319 nucleotides of DNA from Escherichia coli (lineage in GTDB: Bacteria; Pseudomonadota; Gammaproteobacteria; Enterobacterales; Enterobacteriaceae). Positions 1 through 319 of the stretch are shown piece by piece (position 1 is the stretch's first letter; every line of letters starts with the position of its first letter). The DNA lies in NCBI RefSeq assembly GCF_003334305.1, contig NZ_QOWS01000085.1. One strand, written 5' to 3'. The translations under genes and the position numbers were made by a program. Below the pieces are notes generated by a model that saw only the letters and a program-made list of their open reading frames with translations, had not been told where the DNA came from and did no database searches.

Positions 1-319
1 TTCTTCCGGAAGCGGGCTGCTTTTCCCCGATTCAAAAAGCGGGGACAGAATGATGCATTCCGCTACCCGCAGGGCGTTAAGCTCGATCAGGAAAACAGCC
101 GTATTTTTCTGCCGAAACTGGGCTGGATGCGCTACCGGAACAGCCGTCAGGTCACGGGTGTTGTGAAAAATGTCACTGTCAGCCAGTCCTGCGGTAAGTG
201 GTACATCAGTATTCAGACAGAAAGTGAAGTATCCACTCCGGCTCACCCTTCAGCATCAATGGTCGGGCTGGATGCTGGCGTGGCTAAACTCGCCACGCTG
301 TCAGATGGCACAGTCTTTG
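1..319 (+). CDS. tnpB: Internal fragment of a TnpB-type protein (IS200/IS605-family OrfB; RNA-guided RuvC-like endonuclease), truncated at both ends by the window
   Basis: Seen in sequence: frame 1 is open across all 106 codons, with no start or stop inside the window; + frame 3 has tga at 50-52 and + frame 2 has tga at 164-166. The translation contains the FPRFKKRG basic motif typical of the TnpB N-terminal half, and MVGLDAGVAKLATLSDG near the 3' end, matching the RuvC-I block (G-[IL]-D-x-G) of TnpB/Cas12-family proteins. From memory, not verifiable here: the peptide closely resembles enterobacterial IS609-like TnpB copies (e.g. E. coli insQ/ydcM). Position within the protein is inferred from the usual RuvC-I location at roughly residue 180-200 of ~400-aa TnpBs, so the window would cover about residues 90-200. 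Confidence 0.9.
1..319 (+). mobile_element. Interior of an IS200/IS605-superfamily (or IS607-type) insertion sequence or solo tnpB locus; element boundaries lie outside the window
   Basis: Inference from the tnpB coding content. tnpB genes occur within IS200/IS605 and IS607 elements and also as stand-alone copies. No element ends, hairpin ends or tnpA are visible, so the element type and its intactness cannot be determined from this window. Confidence 0.55.
259..319 (+). other. RuvC-I catalytic motif region of TnpB (MVGLDAGVAKLATLSDGTVF), with the presumptive catalytic Asp codon gat at 271-273
   Basis: Seen in sequence: codons 87-106 of frame 1. The spacing hydrophobic-G-L-D-x-G followed by a hydrophobic beta-strand-like stretch is the canonical first RuvC motif of TnpB/IscB/Cas12 nucleases (established knowledge). 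Assigning this Asp as catalytic is inference by motif position, not by alignment. Confidence 0.7.

Noticed and set aside
50-166. Short + strand frame-2 ORF starting at atg 50-52 or 53-55 and ending at tga 164-166
   Set aside because: It is only about 38 codons, lies fully inside the strongly supported frame-1 tnpB coding sequence, and has no recognisable motif. The in-frame Met codons of frame 1 (127-129, 259-261) are internal residues, not start sites.
1-249. Antisense open reading frame: the minus-strand frame in the same codon register as + frame 1 has no stop codons across positions 1-249
   Set aside because: Antisense frames in register with a genuine GC-rich gene are commonly open by chance. 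The + frame-1 translation carries recognisable TnpB motifs, whereas I can attribute no motif to the antisense frame. The other two minus frames contain several stops.
122-274. Chi-like octamers gctggatg at 122-129 and 267-274
   Set aside because: They differ from the E. coli Chi site GCTGGTGG at one position, and Chi activity is highly sequence-specific. Both occurrences are part of the 11-bp repeat already noted.
1-319. Possibility that this is a Cas12-family (type V) effector or part of a CRISPR locus rather than a transposon tnpB
   Set aside because: No repeat-spacer periodicity exists in the window. The peptide motifs and implied protein size (RuvC-I about 90 residues into the window, typical of ~400-aa TnpB) fit compact TnpB better than large Cas12 proteins. 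Definitive exclusion requires flanking sequence, which is not available.
1-319. Promoters, terminators, omega-RNA or element ends within the window
   Set aside because: The window is entirely intragenic and mid-gene. The TnpB omega-RNA and right-end structures are expected at or beyond the 3' end of the gene, well downstream of position 319, and no convincing -35/-10 or rho-independent terminator structure is evident.

Overview
The whole 319-bp window is an internal fragment of a single + strand gene encoding a TnpB-type protein (IS200/IS605-family OrfB, the RNA-guided OMEGA nuclease ancestral to Cas12). Frame 1 (codons starting at position 1) is open for all 106 codons, while + frames 2 and 3 hit stop codons early (tga at 50-52 and 164-166). 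The translation reads FFRKRAAFPRFKKRGQNDAFRYPQGVKLDQENSRIFLPKLGWMRYRNSRQVTGVVKNVTVSQSCGKWYISIQTESEVSTPAHPSASMVGLDAGVAKLATLSDGTVF. It carries the TnpB N-terminal-half signature (FPRFKK-type basic motif) and ends in the RuvC-I block (hydrophobic-G-L/I-D-x-G) with the presumptive catalytic Asp at 271-273. Neither gene end is in the window, nor are the RuvC-II/III motifs, the zinc finger, the 3' omega-RNA region, the element ends or any tnpA, so element boundaries, activity and genomic context cannot be judged here. GC content is about 54% by hand count, consistent with an enterobacterial-type host. I see no evidence in this window for a novel system; what is here is a recognisable, apparently intact stretch of a known mobile-element nuclease gene. 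Two minor sequence oddities (an 11-bp exact direct repeat and a small hairpin) are noted at low interest.
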